Origin: Macrostomum lignano
Taxonomy: Eukaryota
Length of the DNA: 64,000 nucleotides
Assembly (NCBI GenBank): GCA_002269645.1
Contig: NIVC01000271.1
Coordinates: forward strand, 1 to 64,000
Reading direction: 5' to 3'
Positions 1 through 27,448 of this stretch are shown here, one piece after another (position 1 is the first letter of the stretch; each line of letters begins with the position of its first letter). The notes under the pieces are model-generated. The model ran no database searches, had not been told where the DNA came from, and was given only the letters and a program-made list of their open reading frames with translations. A program made the translations under genes and the position numbers.

Positions 1-1553
1 AGGGCAAGGGGGACAGCAGGCCGCTTCCAAGACGAAGGTTGCCGGTCGCTAGGGGCAACCAACAGAGTAGAACGGTACGGCTTTTTTCGCGTTCAGAAGC
101 TTTTGGCGTCGGTGTAGAGGGTTGAGTTTGGCTAAAACTGGTTGGTTTATTGGGGACTGGCTGGGCCTCGTTCTGTACTCCTCCGCCTCCTCCCCTCCTC
201 TCCATCTTTTGCCGTCGTCTCGGGTTTTAAGAAACTGAGAAGCTGGCAGACATATGACTTGCTCAGTAAGAGACTAGGCAGAAACGGGCTCTGGGGTACG
301 GAGGCTGAAATGGTAGAGCAATGGAGGGCTGAGACAGACAGACAGACAGAAAGAAATACGATCGACCTTGTGGGGTGGTGGTTTAGGCAGTTTAGCTTCT
401 TAAAAATGTTTCTCTAATAGCTCTCTATCTTCTCTATTTATCTCTCATCTACGCTCCCTCATTTGTGGCAGGTGCAGGTGCAATTTCTACCTTCAAAAAA
501 CCATCTCAGTCGCTTAAAACACCGTTGCTCTAGCACTATAGGACTATAGTTAATTGCATATTCTTCGATATAGAGACCTAATGACAAGTGTGCTGGCAGA
601 GGGTGGTGTGTGTGTACACATTTAATAGAGATAGCTCGCACTGCTTGACGTACTCCTCCAGTGTTCTCGCTTTTCTCACGCAGAATCTGCACCGGTGGTG
701 GCCTCCCTCTATCATCTATAGTTTTAAAGCAAGTTATAAGATTGAAGATTTTTGAAAAAAAAGTTTTGAATTTTGATATAAAAGATCTGTCTGTGTGTTA
801 TGTATTAATGAAAATATGCTTTCTTTACTGGTAGTGCACGCCAAAAAGTGATATCTATAGGAAAATGGTAGTTGGGAAATTGATAAAATGCTATTAGGGG
901 GATAGATACTGCTGATAATTAGCATAATTTCTATTATTTTACTAATATTAGCTTGTTAAGCTACTTCAAGTAGAGAAGTATGTAGCATTCCTGCGATCAT
1001 AACCGTAAAAATACTATTTTTTAACACTCACTTAAGTAAAACAAAAATGTATTTGCGTTGAATTTGCAAGTTTGATAGAAAAGTCTGGCAATGAAGCGAT
1101 AAAAAACGATAGAAATATTTCCATTCTCGTTTAATGCACTTCCAAAGCGAACTGGCCGTTTTTCGAATAAATTATTCTCATAAATCTAAAGTTTTAGCTC
1201 TAGTCTTAAGCCGATATTGTCGTTTAAAGAAAGCATTGATCATCTTGAACCACTGTCACCATTTCTAAAACTATTCTTGATCTCGAAGTAAGAGAGTTGA
1301 AAAAACATTTCTAAGAAAGCAACCGTCCAGTCATTTTTTGGTACATCTGGTTGTCCTTGGAAAGCTGTCTTGCAATAGTTCCATGCATAAACATAAGGTG
1401 GAATAACTAACGCAGAGTCAAATCGGAAGATAGCCAAGAAGCAGCGGAGCAGAAATTCAATTTACAATTTCATGGTAATGTCACAAAGAATTCGGGTAAA
1501 AGGCAGCATTTTAAATGACTTCTATAGGTTTAAACGAATACGCGTTTAATTAG

Positions 1554-14390
<12,837 letters not shown>

Positions 14391-15689
14391 AATTGTAAGC
14401 GGTATGTTAATGCTCCAAAACTGTTGAATATGGATCAGTTATGGTCTAATATATGGCCGAAGTTTTCTTGCGTTGGCAATAACTATATGGCCTAAGCAAA
14501 CATCTGGCCAAGTAATATTAACAGACAAAGTCAAGTCGCTAAGTAGATGACTCGACCGACTCCACACTGCTCTGTTCTCTGTTCTGTTCTTTTCGCTAAT
14601 TTCTTGGCCAAGTTATAAGAACAATTATATGACCAGAAGACCGACAGCAATGGGGGGTTGTTTGTTCTCTTTTTCGGCGAAAGTTGCTGAGAACTCTCTC
14701 GAATGAGCAATCCCAATTCGAGTACCGAGTGAACTGAAGTAGAAAGTTAGGGAGAGGTTAAATTTAGCAAACACAGTGAGAATTTAAGTGAGCTAGCGGT
14801 CTTATTTGCTTCCTTTCAGTTTAATAAGCAGCTCCCGGTAAGAGAGAGGGAGGGAGAGCTCGTCTGTGATTGGCTGAGAGGTTAGCGCATAAAAATATGC
14901 ATGCTATCACTTAATAAAAACGACTAATTACGAATGTAGCCAGGATCGATACACACTACTACTGACACCGTTACACCAGTAGTGCAGTTTGTATTTCGGA
15001 GAAAATTAATTAAAGAAATTAGACACTAGTAGTAGACAACTATTAGTAGCAAGTATATGGGACTTTGGGCTCTGTTGCAATACAAGGTGACAGTGTCGAG
15101 CCACTCACTTAATAGTAATAATAACAAACACATTAAATAGTACTATCACTACTACTACTACTACTACTACGCCACAGCAAAATATATTTCGTTCATTTCC
15201 ACCGAACAAAATAATCGTGTCACACTTTAGCTTATCAAATTTCGCTCCATCATAAAACAGCATCCGTCACTCCTGTGTACTGCCGGACATCAAGGAAGGC
15301 CAAGGGCGGCAGTTTTATCAGCCAGAATCTGCTTGATTGCTGTGGCATATAATACAGCAAATCTAATTAGCGCCCTCAGAGCCTTGGCCCTCCAGGACCG
15401 TGGCGAGTTGTCTCCCTCAGCCGCTGCGATAACATAGCCGCCGTGGCAGGCGGGGCCAGGTTCGGGTCTGGGAAATTTCTATCGACTGCAGTTCAGGAGA
15501 AAGGGAAAGGAAGGAAGAAAGGGGAGAAGGGGAGACGGAAATCTTGGAGAAGAAGGGGTGTTTGGAGACTGGGGATGAGGCCACTCCAGCTTCGTCCGGT
15601 CCAGGGACCTCTGAAATCTCATGGACTGCGTTCGAATTTTTCAGTTTTTATTATTCTAACTAAAGCTTCATACTGTAAGTTCGTTAGTT

Positions 15690-16370
<681 letters not shown>

Positions 16371-16854
16371 AAAAAGCACAGTAAAATTCAGACTTTTTCC
16401 AGTCCAGAATGCGGTATGGCTTCAGCGGTCCATGGCCCGGACCTACTAGTCACCTTTTCGTGAGCACGCAGAGTGGCTTAGCCTCTTCGTTCGACTCGAC
16501 GCTGTGTCCTCCATCTGTCCTCCCCCTTTCATGGACGGTCATGGTGCGTTGGGAGAAACTGACTCATCGATCCCTTGCAGCACGCCACGAGTTTAGAAAG
16601 ATGACGCAACAACACGCAGAGATGTAACGAGAGAAAAAGAACTGGGAACATGGCATTTTTAAGTAAATATGGAACTTTATTCGGCCGATGAAAACTACTT
16701 TGGAAACTCTACTGGCAGGAGAAAAAACTTTGAAAAAATATTGATGAAATCGATTTTGAAATCTAGGTGGAACCTCCAGAAGTACAACAAATACAATATA
16801 TTGCTTTTGCCGACATTACATAATTAATAAGGCTAGTCCCGTGTCCGACTATAG

Positions 16855-17190
16855 CTTGTCTCCCTCTACCCTCCCTGTCTCCCTCTACCCTCCCTGTCTC
16901 CCTCTACCCTCCCTGTCTCCCTCTACCCTCCCTGTCTCCCTCTACCCTCCCTGTCTCCCTCTACTCTCCCTGTCTCCCTCTACTCTCCCTGTCTCCCTCT
17001 ACCCTCCCTGTCTCCCTCTACCCTCCCTGTCTCCCTCTACTCTCCCTGTCTCCCTCTACTCTCCCTGTCTCCCTCTACCCTTCCTGTCTCCCTCTACTCT
17101 CCCTGTCTCCCTCTACTCTCCCTGTCTCCCTCTACTCTCCCTGTCTCAATCTAACCTCCCTGTCTCCCTCTACCCTCCCTGTCTCCCTCT
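16855..17190. repeat. 19-bp minisatellite (CCCTCTACCCTCCCTGTCT), about 17 copies
   Basis: Direct tandem repeat. Confidence 0.9.
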
Positions 17191-17731
17191 AGTCATATCG
17201 TCATCTACCGTTTCTGTCCACATTCACTCTCTCTGTCTCCGTGTAACCGATATGTCTATATATCTACAATCTACCTGTCCTATCTTTCTTTAATCATGAT
17301 TCGATAAGAAACTCAGAAACTGTCATTGATTCCACCGTTCTTCTCTTTAAACTTTTTTATTGCTTCTGGTCAACAGAAAAAAGTTTAACAATATTCCTTG
17401 TCAGTGCTCTGCCTCCGAGTGGCTGCGAAGGTCTCGCGGCGTTGCATAATACCGCCAATCAGAGGCACTCACGGGCTCCCACTTGCAGTGTCAATCAGCT
17501 GTCGATTTTTTGCCAAACTCAACCTCCGGGCGATTTCGTCAAAATTTGAAGATTGCGCCAAAGCAGCTCCCAGTAAATTATTGCCCGAGGAGATTCTCCT
17601 AATCTCTGCAGCTGAAAGATTATTGGCCCTTGAATTATTTAGCTAACGGCTTAAGCCATCAGGATTCGAAGTCCTATGGCATTATACAGCCTCCCGGCAA
17701 TTTAAAACATGACGTCATATCTATCTTCTGC

Positions 17732-18832
<1,101 letters not shown>

Positions 18833-19431
18833 CCTTCAATGCATCGATTTCAGCGATATCCCATATTCAGAGAGATGCATACAGATCTGCGTTACCCTGT
18901 ACTATATCAAGGCGCCATCAGTTGATCCAGTTTTTGAACTACGAACTTCTTTTTTTTCGCGGCAGAAGTTTGTGTCAATCTTGTAGAAAAGGAATAATAA
19001 TATTCAGTTTCACAGATATTCTGACGCAAGTGATGCAGCAACGTAGATATTTGGGAAAGTACCGAGAGAGCGGGAATAGCAAAGGTACTTCCTTCTTCAA
19101 GTCATTAATTTTGGATTCTCTACAAATGCACTACACTTAGCTTGAAGTTGGTTCAAATGAACGCTTTGAAGCAGTCAGTTCTTCAGAATTTGGCTGCGCC
19201 ATTCTGAGTGACTCTGCATTGACCAAGAAGGAGTATCAACAGGAATTGCTTGTCTCTTACTTGCTTACACATGGGGAAGAGATTAATACTGAGCTTAATA
19301 ATTCACATGCACCCGGTCACTTGCAGCCATATTGCCAGCGGCAGCTGCAGCTGTTACTAAAATGAGCATTTTGTTCGCCGTTCTTGAATCAACTATAAGA
19401 CACTGTGCTGTGGACTCAGTTCTGTAATCCC

Positions 19432-20392
19432 GTTACTGTCTAATCTGGTAATACAGTTTCTGTCTAATCTGGTAATACCGTTTCTGTCTAATCTGGTAAT
19501 TACCGTTTCTGTCTAATCTGGTAATACCGTTTCTGTCTAATCTGGTAATCAAGTTTCTGTCTAATCTGGTAATACCGTTTCTGTCTAATCTGGTAATACC
19601 GTTTCTGTCTAATCTGGTAATCAAGTTTCTGTCTAATCTGGTAATACCGTTTCTGTCTAATCTGGTAATACCGTTTCTGTCTAATCTGGTAATTACCGTT
19701 TCTGTCTAATCTGGTAATACAGTTTCTGTCTAATCTGGTAATACAGTTTCTGTCTAATCTGGTAATACCGTTTCTGTCTAATCTGGTAATACAGTTTCTG
19801 TCTAATCTGGTAATCAAGTTTTGTCTAATCTGGTAATCAAGTTTCTGTCTAATCTGGTAATACAGTTTCTGTCTAATCTGGTAATACCGTTTCTGTCTAA
19901 TCTGGTAATACAGTTTCTGTCTAATCTGGTAATCAAGTCTCTGTCTAATCTGGTAATCAAGTTTCTGTCTAATCTGGTAATACCGTTTCTGTCTAATCTG
20001 GTAATACAGTTTCTGTCTAATCTGGTAATTACCGTTTCTGTCTAATCTGGTAATACAGTTTCTGTCTAATCTGGTAATACCGTTTCTGTCTAATCTGGTA
20101 ATTACCGTTTCTGTCTAATCTGGTAATACCGTTTCTGTCTAATCTGGTAATTACCGTTTCTGTCTAATCTGGTAATACAGTTTCTGTCTAATCTGGTAAT
20201 ACCGTTTCTGTCTAATCTGGTAATACCGTTTCTGTCTAATCTGGTAATACCGTTTCTGTCTAATCTGGTTATCAAGTTTCTGTCTAATCTGGTAATACCG
20301 TTTCTGTCTAATCTGGTTATCAAGTTTCTGCCTAATCTGGTATTTTGGTAATACCGTTTCTGTCTAATCTGGTAATCAAGTTTCTGTCTAAT
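19432..20392. repeat. 24-bp minisatellite (TAATCTGGTAATACCGTTTCTGTC), about 40 copies
   Basis: Direct tandem repeat with 24/25-bp variants. Confidence 0.95.
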
Positions 20393-20499
20393 TTTGTCGA
20401 CCCCAAATTTTTCCAATCTCCGAATCCGTTTTCAAAAACTTTGACTAAGTCGGACGAATTGCAATGCTCGGCAAGATTATGTGATGGATATTTTTACAT

Positions 20500-20751
20500 C
20501 AGGGGGCCGACACCAGCGGGCCACATGCGGTCCGCGAAGCCTCTCTATCCGACCCTCGGGTCCTTTGAAACTTCACAATAGTAATCCGGCCAACTTAAGG
20601 TTTGTGTCCCTTCTCAGTTCTTTCCTCTCCTCACATCTCTCTTCTCCTCTTATCTCTCCTCTCTCATCTTTCTTGTCCTATCCTCTCTCTCATCTATTCT
20701 TTCATCGCATCTCTATCTGGGCCCCCGAGGTAAAAAGTTTGCGGACCCCTG
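20500..20751. mobile_element. Non-autonomous hAT/Charlie-like element (MITE), about 250 bp
   Basis: Ends CAGGGGGCCG...GCGGACCCCTG with Charlie-like subterminal GCGGGCCACATGCGGTCCGCG; flanking 8-mers TTTTACAT and CTTTAGAC match only 5/8. Confidence 0.55.
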
Positions 20752-21384
20752 CTTTAGACACTCACTAGTACAAGAATATGAGATTGATGCTGTGTGCGCG
20801 CACACGCATATGATTCGAAATCTGCATTTTTCTTCCATCTGCTTTTGTCTGTCTTTCTCTTCACAAAATATTAAAAATCGCCGCAGCACTTCTGCTTTGC
20901 AACAGAAGCAAAAATGTCCAAAACATTTTACGTAGCTTGCTCGCACGCATCGTTGACAAGAGCCAGAGGTAGAAATCATTACGGGTAGAGCCAGAGGCTT
21001 AGGTGGGCAAAAAAGAAGAGGGGAGGCGGCCGGTCACCCGTCTATTTCCCCTTTAACAGCTCCGCGGGGGGCCTCGTTTGCACAGCCGCCATCCGCTGGC
21101 CTGGGCCCTCCCTCCGCCATCGCCTCCTTCTGCAGCGACTTGATTTCAATGCGCGGCGGGTAGCGACTTTTTTAGAGGGATGGAGAGAGAAGGGGAAGGG
21201 AAAGAAGTATAAGAGGAGCTTGTTGGATGAGGCAAGGAGATCTAGAAGCAGTGTATCTGGAGTAACAACTCCTAACTAAACTTGGCCATTTTTTCAAAAC
21301 TTGGCCAATGAAATGGAATTCGAGGTTCGAGCATGATTGATGATTTTAATGAACTGGACAAATTCACTAATAGTTTTCAAAACT

Positions 21385-21453
<69 letters not shown>

Positions 21454-21492
21454 AGATGTTGCTGCTGGCATCCTTCTTTGTGCTGATGTCCA

Positions 21493-21951
21493 ATGTCCGA
21501 ACTTAGGTCGCCGTTTTTCCGCCTATGTCTATGGCCGAACTTGGGTCGCCGTTTTTCCGCCTATGTCTATGGCCGAACCTGGGTCGCCGTTTTTCCGCCT
21601 ATGTCTATGGCCGAACTTGGGTCGCCGTTTTTCCGCCTATGTCTATGGCCGAACCTGGGTCGCCGTTTTTCCGCCTATGTCTTTGGCCGAAATTGGGTCG
21701 CCGTTTTCCACCTATGTCTATGGCCGAACCTGGGTCGCCGTTTTTCCACCTATGTCTATGGCCGAACCTGGGTCGCCGTTTTCCACCTATGTCTATGGCC
21801 GAACCTGGGTCGCCGTTTTTCCACCTATGTCTATGGCCGAACCTGGGTCGCCGGTTTTCCGCCTATGTCTATGGCCGAACTTGGGTCGCCGTTTTCCACC
21901 TATGTCTATGGCCGAACCTGGGTCGCCGTTTTTCCACCTATGTCTATGGCC
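21493..21951. repeat. 37-38 bp minisatellite (TATGTCTATGGCCGAACTTGGGTCGCCGTTTTTCCGCC), about 12 copies
   Basis: Direct tandem repeat. Confidence 0.95.
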
Positions 21952-23348
21952 AAGACCAAATCTACTGTTGCCAGGTGGCAATTCTCAATTTGACTGACAA
22001 AAGCAATACAGTAAAAAAAGATGCAAATATTTTAGCAAAGTCAAACCTAAAGTTGTCTGAAAGTGGGATGCTTACAAGGTTGCAGGTTTTGGTTCTGGGG
22101 CCTCCTTGGCCTAGTAGGGGCGCGCTAGGAGGAGGAGGAGCCGAGAGAAGACGGCAGTCTGTGTTGTAGTGTATTATGACTAGGGGGGGGATTCTTCAAA
22201 TTGGGGGAATTCAAGGGGATGCGGGAACGGAGGAAGGGGAAAGGGAGAGGGGGAGAGGCGACAGGCGAGAGAGAGAGAGGAGGCAGATGAGCGCAGGCGA
22301 ACGCATGGCGAAATAAGTCGCCAGCTAATAATAAAATCCGTTCTCTCTCTCTTGCCCCCTGCCGGGCTTTCGGGGCCTGGGGGGAGTCGGCTTGGCTGAG
22401 GTTGGCAGTTTACGCTAAGACGCGGTCGGGGATTCTACTAAGGGCAGAAGGGGAGGCTTGGGGTTGGCTAGGGCAGGCCATAGGGGGGAGACAGACGATT
22501 GGAGGAGGGTATGGCGGCAAGGGGAGGAAAGCTCCTGGAAGAAGGATTTTTTAAGCCGAACGCGAACGCAGCGTACAAGGAGAGGAGAAGAGAAGAGAGA
22601 GAGATAGAGAGAGAGTATTGGAAGGCTGAGACCGTATTTTTCTCCAAATTTCAAACTTGGCCTTGGCATCGATTCTCTGTATTGATAAGCAGAAAAAGCT
22701 TAAGTGTGAGGTGTGTAATATCTTTTTGTTACCAAAAGTTTATTTTTTTCTAATTCTTAGAAAACTATTCGAAAATTCCAATCCGGAGCAGTATTCGGAG
22801 GAGTGCGCGCTAGCAACTATTAGTTGCTGCTTCGGCGACAGCAGAAGAAACCCCGGGTGAGGTGAGTCAGTCTCCATACCTGGATTTTCAAATTCTTGTC
22901 AACTGCGTAATTTTTCTTTTGTAACTTTTCATAACTTCTCTTGAATAACTAACTATGGAATGAACCGAACCAATGACTCATAGCGCCTTGACTTCCTTTC
23001 CTTTCCTGTCCACTCGCTACACATTCAGTCGGTCGGACGCTTTTTTTGGATGGGGGAGGCTGCATATAAAACCGCTAGGACTGTTCGACATCTTCAATAG
23101 CTGGGCATTCATGGCGTCCTACCTCTATCCTCGTGTCCTCTATACTAGTAGGCATTCAACTGATTATGATGCAAATAGAGATTACGTGTAACTTATATAC
23201 TGTTTTACATCATTAATTATAATATGCATAGTTTTTAATGATTAATTATTAAATTCCTGAAGTTAAAAACGAAAAATCGTTTACATCTGATTTTGATATA
23301 CGGGTGTGTGTAATCCTTAATCTCCCTACTTCTGAATTATTCATGCCT

Positions 23349-23642
<294 letters not shown>

Positions 23643-24417
23643 CTTCATGTCTACTCTCTCTTTATTCATGTCTACAAACTTTTTTCCTCTCTCTTCAATC
23701 ACTTCCACTTTCGTATCTCATAAATCCTAATCGAATCCTCCCTTAAATCGTAAAAAACTTCGAACAAAATAATCTGATCCCACAGTGTCTCCTACTAAAA
23801 AATTCGCATAGCATAAGCATGATTTGCCCACAATCCTACAATTGCAATGGTACTAATAATAATAATTATAATAATTATAATAGTTCATACTAATTCATAC
23901 AAGTAGCCGACGCGCCTCTAGGCTACAGCAAAACTCCCAACGGGATGTCGTAAATCTTCCAGCTACACCAAGCAACCCCTGCGGGATGGGTTATTGGATC
24001 TATGCGAAATGCATTCATATTTGAGGGGGTGGGGATCAGGTTCGTAGGCAGACCGAGGGGTCAGTGAAGGCAAGACAGACAGACGGGGGTGGGCAGACAG
24101 ACAGACTGGGCGTAAACCGTGGGAACCGAATTTCGAAAAGTCTGCACGATCGTCCATCGTTAATTATGGAATTTACTGAATATTGTAAGCGCTAATAATA
24201 TATGACATACGAGCAGTGCGTAATGGCTCTAGGGCTATCAATAAAATGCACGAAGCCTCATAAATAATCGAATTAATAAATTCCCTAGTGATAGAAATAA
24301 CTCATGGATAGAAGTAAATACTTTGCTAATGAAAATTTACTTAATAACCTCGGTACTTGTAATCGACAGAATTACGATTACTAATACTATATGCTACAGG
24401 GCTCACATCTTGTGTAG

Positions 24418-24860
24418 TACAGAGCTAGTGTATTACAGAGCTAGTGTATTACAGAGCTAGTGTATTACAGAGCTAGTATATTACAGAGCTAGTGTATTAC
24501 AGAGCTAGTATATTACAGAGCTAGTATATTACAGAGCTAGTGTATTACAGAGCTAGTGTAGTACAGAGCTAGTGTATTACAGAGCTAGTGTATTACAGAG
24601 CTAGTATATTACAGAGCTAGTGATTACAGAGCTAGTATATTACAGAGCTAGTGTATTACAGAGCTAGTATATTACAGAGCTAGTGTTTTACAGAGCTAGT
24701 GTAGTACAGAGCTAGTGTATTACAGAGCTAGTGATTACAGAGCTAGTGTAATACAGAGCTAGTGTATGACAGAGCTAGTGTATTACAGAGCTAGTGTATT
24801 ACAGAGCTAGTATATTACAGAGCTAGTGTAATACAGAGCTAGTGTATTACAGAGCTAGTG
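24418..24860. repeat. 16-bp minisatellite (AGAGCTAGTGTATTAC), about 27 copies
   Basis: Direct tandem repeat. Confidence 0.95.
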
Positions 24861-25127
24861 AACTAATGTCACCATTGAGCATATAACTGTCTAAACAAAG
24901 CCAGGTCACTAAAAAGCAATAATTAGATATAAGCTCATTCAGTTGCTAACCGAAGTCTCAGTGACAGACTGAGTGAAATAGGTCCCCCAGGGTGGGCGGT
25001 TTAGTGGGTTTTTACCCGACTGACAGCGGATCCACCCGTGGCTCGCCAACAGCTACTTCTGCATAGAAAACAACATGCATGTAAGGCCGCAAATGCGTCT
25101 GCTGCCAGAACGGGGTTGCAAGCTAAA

Positions 25128-25166
<39 letters not shown>

Positions 25167-25510
25167 CTGGGAACAGGGAGATGGGGCGGGGAGTTCAGAG
25201 AGTCAGTCCGCCAATCATCAATCATTTTTTTTCGGTTGGGTCCGCTAGCCGGTATAAATGCACACTGTCTGTATACTTATACTGTACATAGCCATTTTAT
25301 TTAGTATAACGAGTAGCAATAGTACAACAAAAATGCATACGGGTAGGCCTAGCTCAGAATTTATTTAGTCAAATAGAATCATCTTCTGGAAAAACCGTAT
25401 TTGCCATTGTAGTTGTTAGGTCGCGTTGTCCTTATTCTTCTATGGCGAACTTTCTTGCGCCTTTCTCTTGTTCCATCTTTTTTGTCTTCTAATTCTTTAC
25501 TCAGTATCAT

Positions 25511-25806
25511 CTCTCCTCTCCTCTCCTCTCCTCTCCTCTCCTCTCCTCTCCTCTCCTCTCCTCTCCTCTCCTCTCCTCTTCTCTCCTCTCCTCTCCTCTC
25601 CTCTCCTCTCCTCTCCTCTCCTCTCCTCTCCTTTCCTCTCCTCTCCTTTCCTCTCCTCTCCTCTCCTCTCCTCTCCTCTCCTCTCCTCTCCTCTCCTCTC
25701 CTATCCTCTCCTCTCCTCTCCTCTCCTCTCCTCTCTTCTCCTCTCCTCTCCTCTCCTCTCCTCTCCTCTCCTCTCCTCTCCTCTCCTCTCCTCTCCTCTC
25801 CTCTCT
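25511..25806. repeat. (CTCCT)n pentanucleotide array
   Basis: Direct reading. Confidence 0.95.
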
Positions 25807-27062
25807 CGTCTCCCCTGTCTTTCTTCAACTTTTCTATTCACTAAAACAGAAAAAACGTAGCGTCCTTCTTTGAAGCACAAACCAAATATAGAAACGGCCT
25901 CGCGAATGGTAAGATAAACTTTGAATCTTAGCATCGGCAAAGCAAAGCAGCAACATTCACTATCTGGCGCAAGTGCTCCGACAATTCGTTTCTGAAATCC
26001 CTGGCAGCCGTGGTCCCGTGATTTTTCTCTCTTAGTTAAAAAAAATACCCGGACGCAGCAGCAAAAAACGAGAGTGAAGGGAAAAAGTCTTCAGCGTGCA
26101 GAAGAAAGTTTTCTTATAGTTTCCAGCTCTCACATGGGCTCTGGTAAATGTAGAAGTAGAAACAAGAGGGCCTCTACGAGGGCGAAGTGAGTTTACTTTT
26201 TATTTTAGCCTGGGCCGGGGAAAGGCCGTTTAAAAAGAGGGTAGCGACTTTGGGACGGAAAGACCAAGGAAGGAAGGAAGGAAGGGAGGAGAGCAACGCC
26301 TGGGGTAGTTTCCGCCGCACGAAAAGAAATAGGATATTATAAAAGTAGTCAAAGTAGGACAGATAGAAAGACAGGTACAAGAGGGTAGGCGCAGCAAGGG
26401 AAAGTTAAATCTGTCTCTTAGTTTCTCATTTTGCGCAGTTTAGTACGCTCAGTGTAATCCTATAGCAGTAGCCCTCCGAAGGGAAGAATGCCGAGAGATC
26501 CCCTTTCGTTCCTCACTGTTTTCCCTCTCTCTCCCGCCATCCGCGCCCTGCAGTGAAGAATGCACACCAGCAGAGTCAACACAAAGCCAACCTGTCAGCC
26601 ACCAGCATTGTTCCCTCCGTGTTGATGGCAACGACACTCTTAATAGTTCCAACTACTATAAAGAACAAAGAATGAGCTGCTGTAATTTCTCTTCACAGTC
26701 TTCCCACAATAGAAAACGTCGCTTATAACAATGAAAATAGACTAGTTTCCCACTAATTTCTTCATCCCACTGCAGAAGTGCGAGTTTTTTCTTTCCTTTT
26801 TGGGACTCTAAAAATGTTTTTACGGACGAGGCTGTCAGCGCGAATTGTTTTATTAAAATTGCCGATGAAAACTTGAGCAAGAAAGAAAACCAGTTAGTGA
26901 ATTCCCGGAAATCCCCTTTGGGGAAATCCCTTTTGGGGAAATCCCTTCGGCGAAATCCCGATTGGAAAATTCTTTCGGGGAAATCCCGGTTGGAAAATTC
27001 ATTCGGGGAAATCCCGGTTGGAAAATCCATTCGGAGAAATCCCTTTTGGAAAATCACTACGG

Positions 27063-27448
27063 GGAACCCTACGGGTATGTCCCGATGTTGAAATCCTAAC
27101 AGGGAAATCCCTAGGGTATGTCCTGATGTTGAAATCCTAACAGGGAAATCCCTACGGGTATGTCCCGATGTTGAAATCCTAACAGGGAAATCCCTAGGGT
27201 ATGTCCCGATGTTGAAATCCTAACAGGGAAATCCCTACGGGTATGTCCCGATGTTGAAATCCTAACAGGGAAATCCCTACGGGTATGTCCCGATGTTGAA
27301 ATCCTAACAGGGAAATCCCTACGGGTATGTCCCGATGTTGAAATCCTAACAGGGAAATCCCTACGGGTATGTCCCGATGTTGAAATCCTAACAGGGAAAT
27401 CCCTACGGGTATGTCCCGATGTTGAAATCCTAACAGGGAAATCCCTAC
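27063..27448. repeat. 42-bp minisatellite, about 9 copies, inside a GGGAAATCCC-rich region 26900-27520
   Basis: CTACGGGTATGTCCCGATGTTGAAATCCTAACAGGGAAATCC unit. Confidence 0.95.

Noticed and set aside
1240-1437. Short minus-strand ORF downstream of the myosin gene
   Set aside because: No ATG or acceptor support, no homology recognised; possibly 3' UTR.
17470-17643. Possible upstream minus-strand exon (NNSRANNLSAAEIRR...) with GTGAGT donor
   Set aside because: Its phase does not join the acceptor at 14421, and it has no recognisable homology.
18855-19365. Coding-looking plus-strand stretches between the microsatellite and the 24-bp array
   Set aside because: Could not be spliced into a consistent frame and no family motif was recognised.
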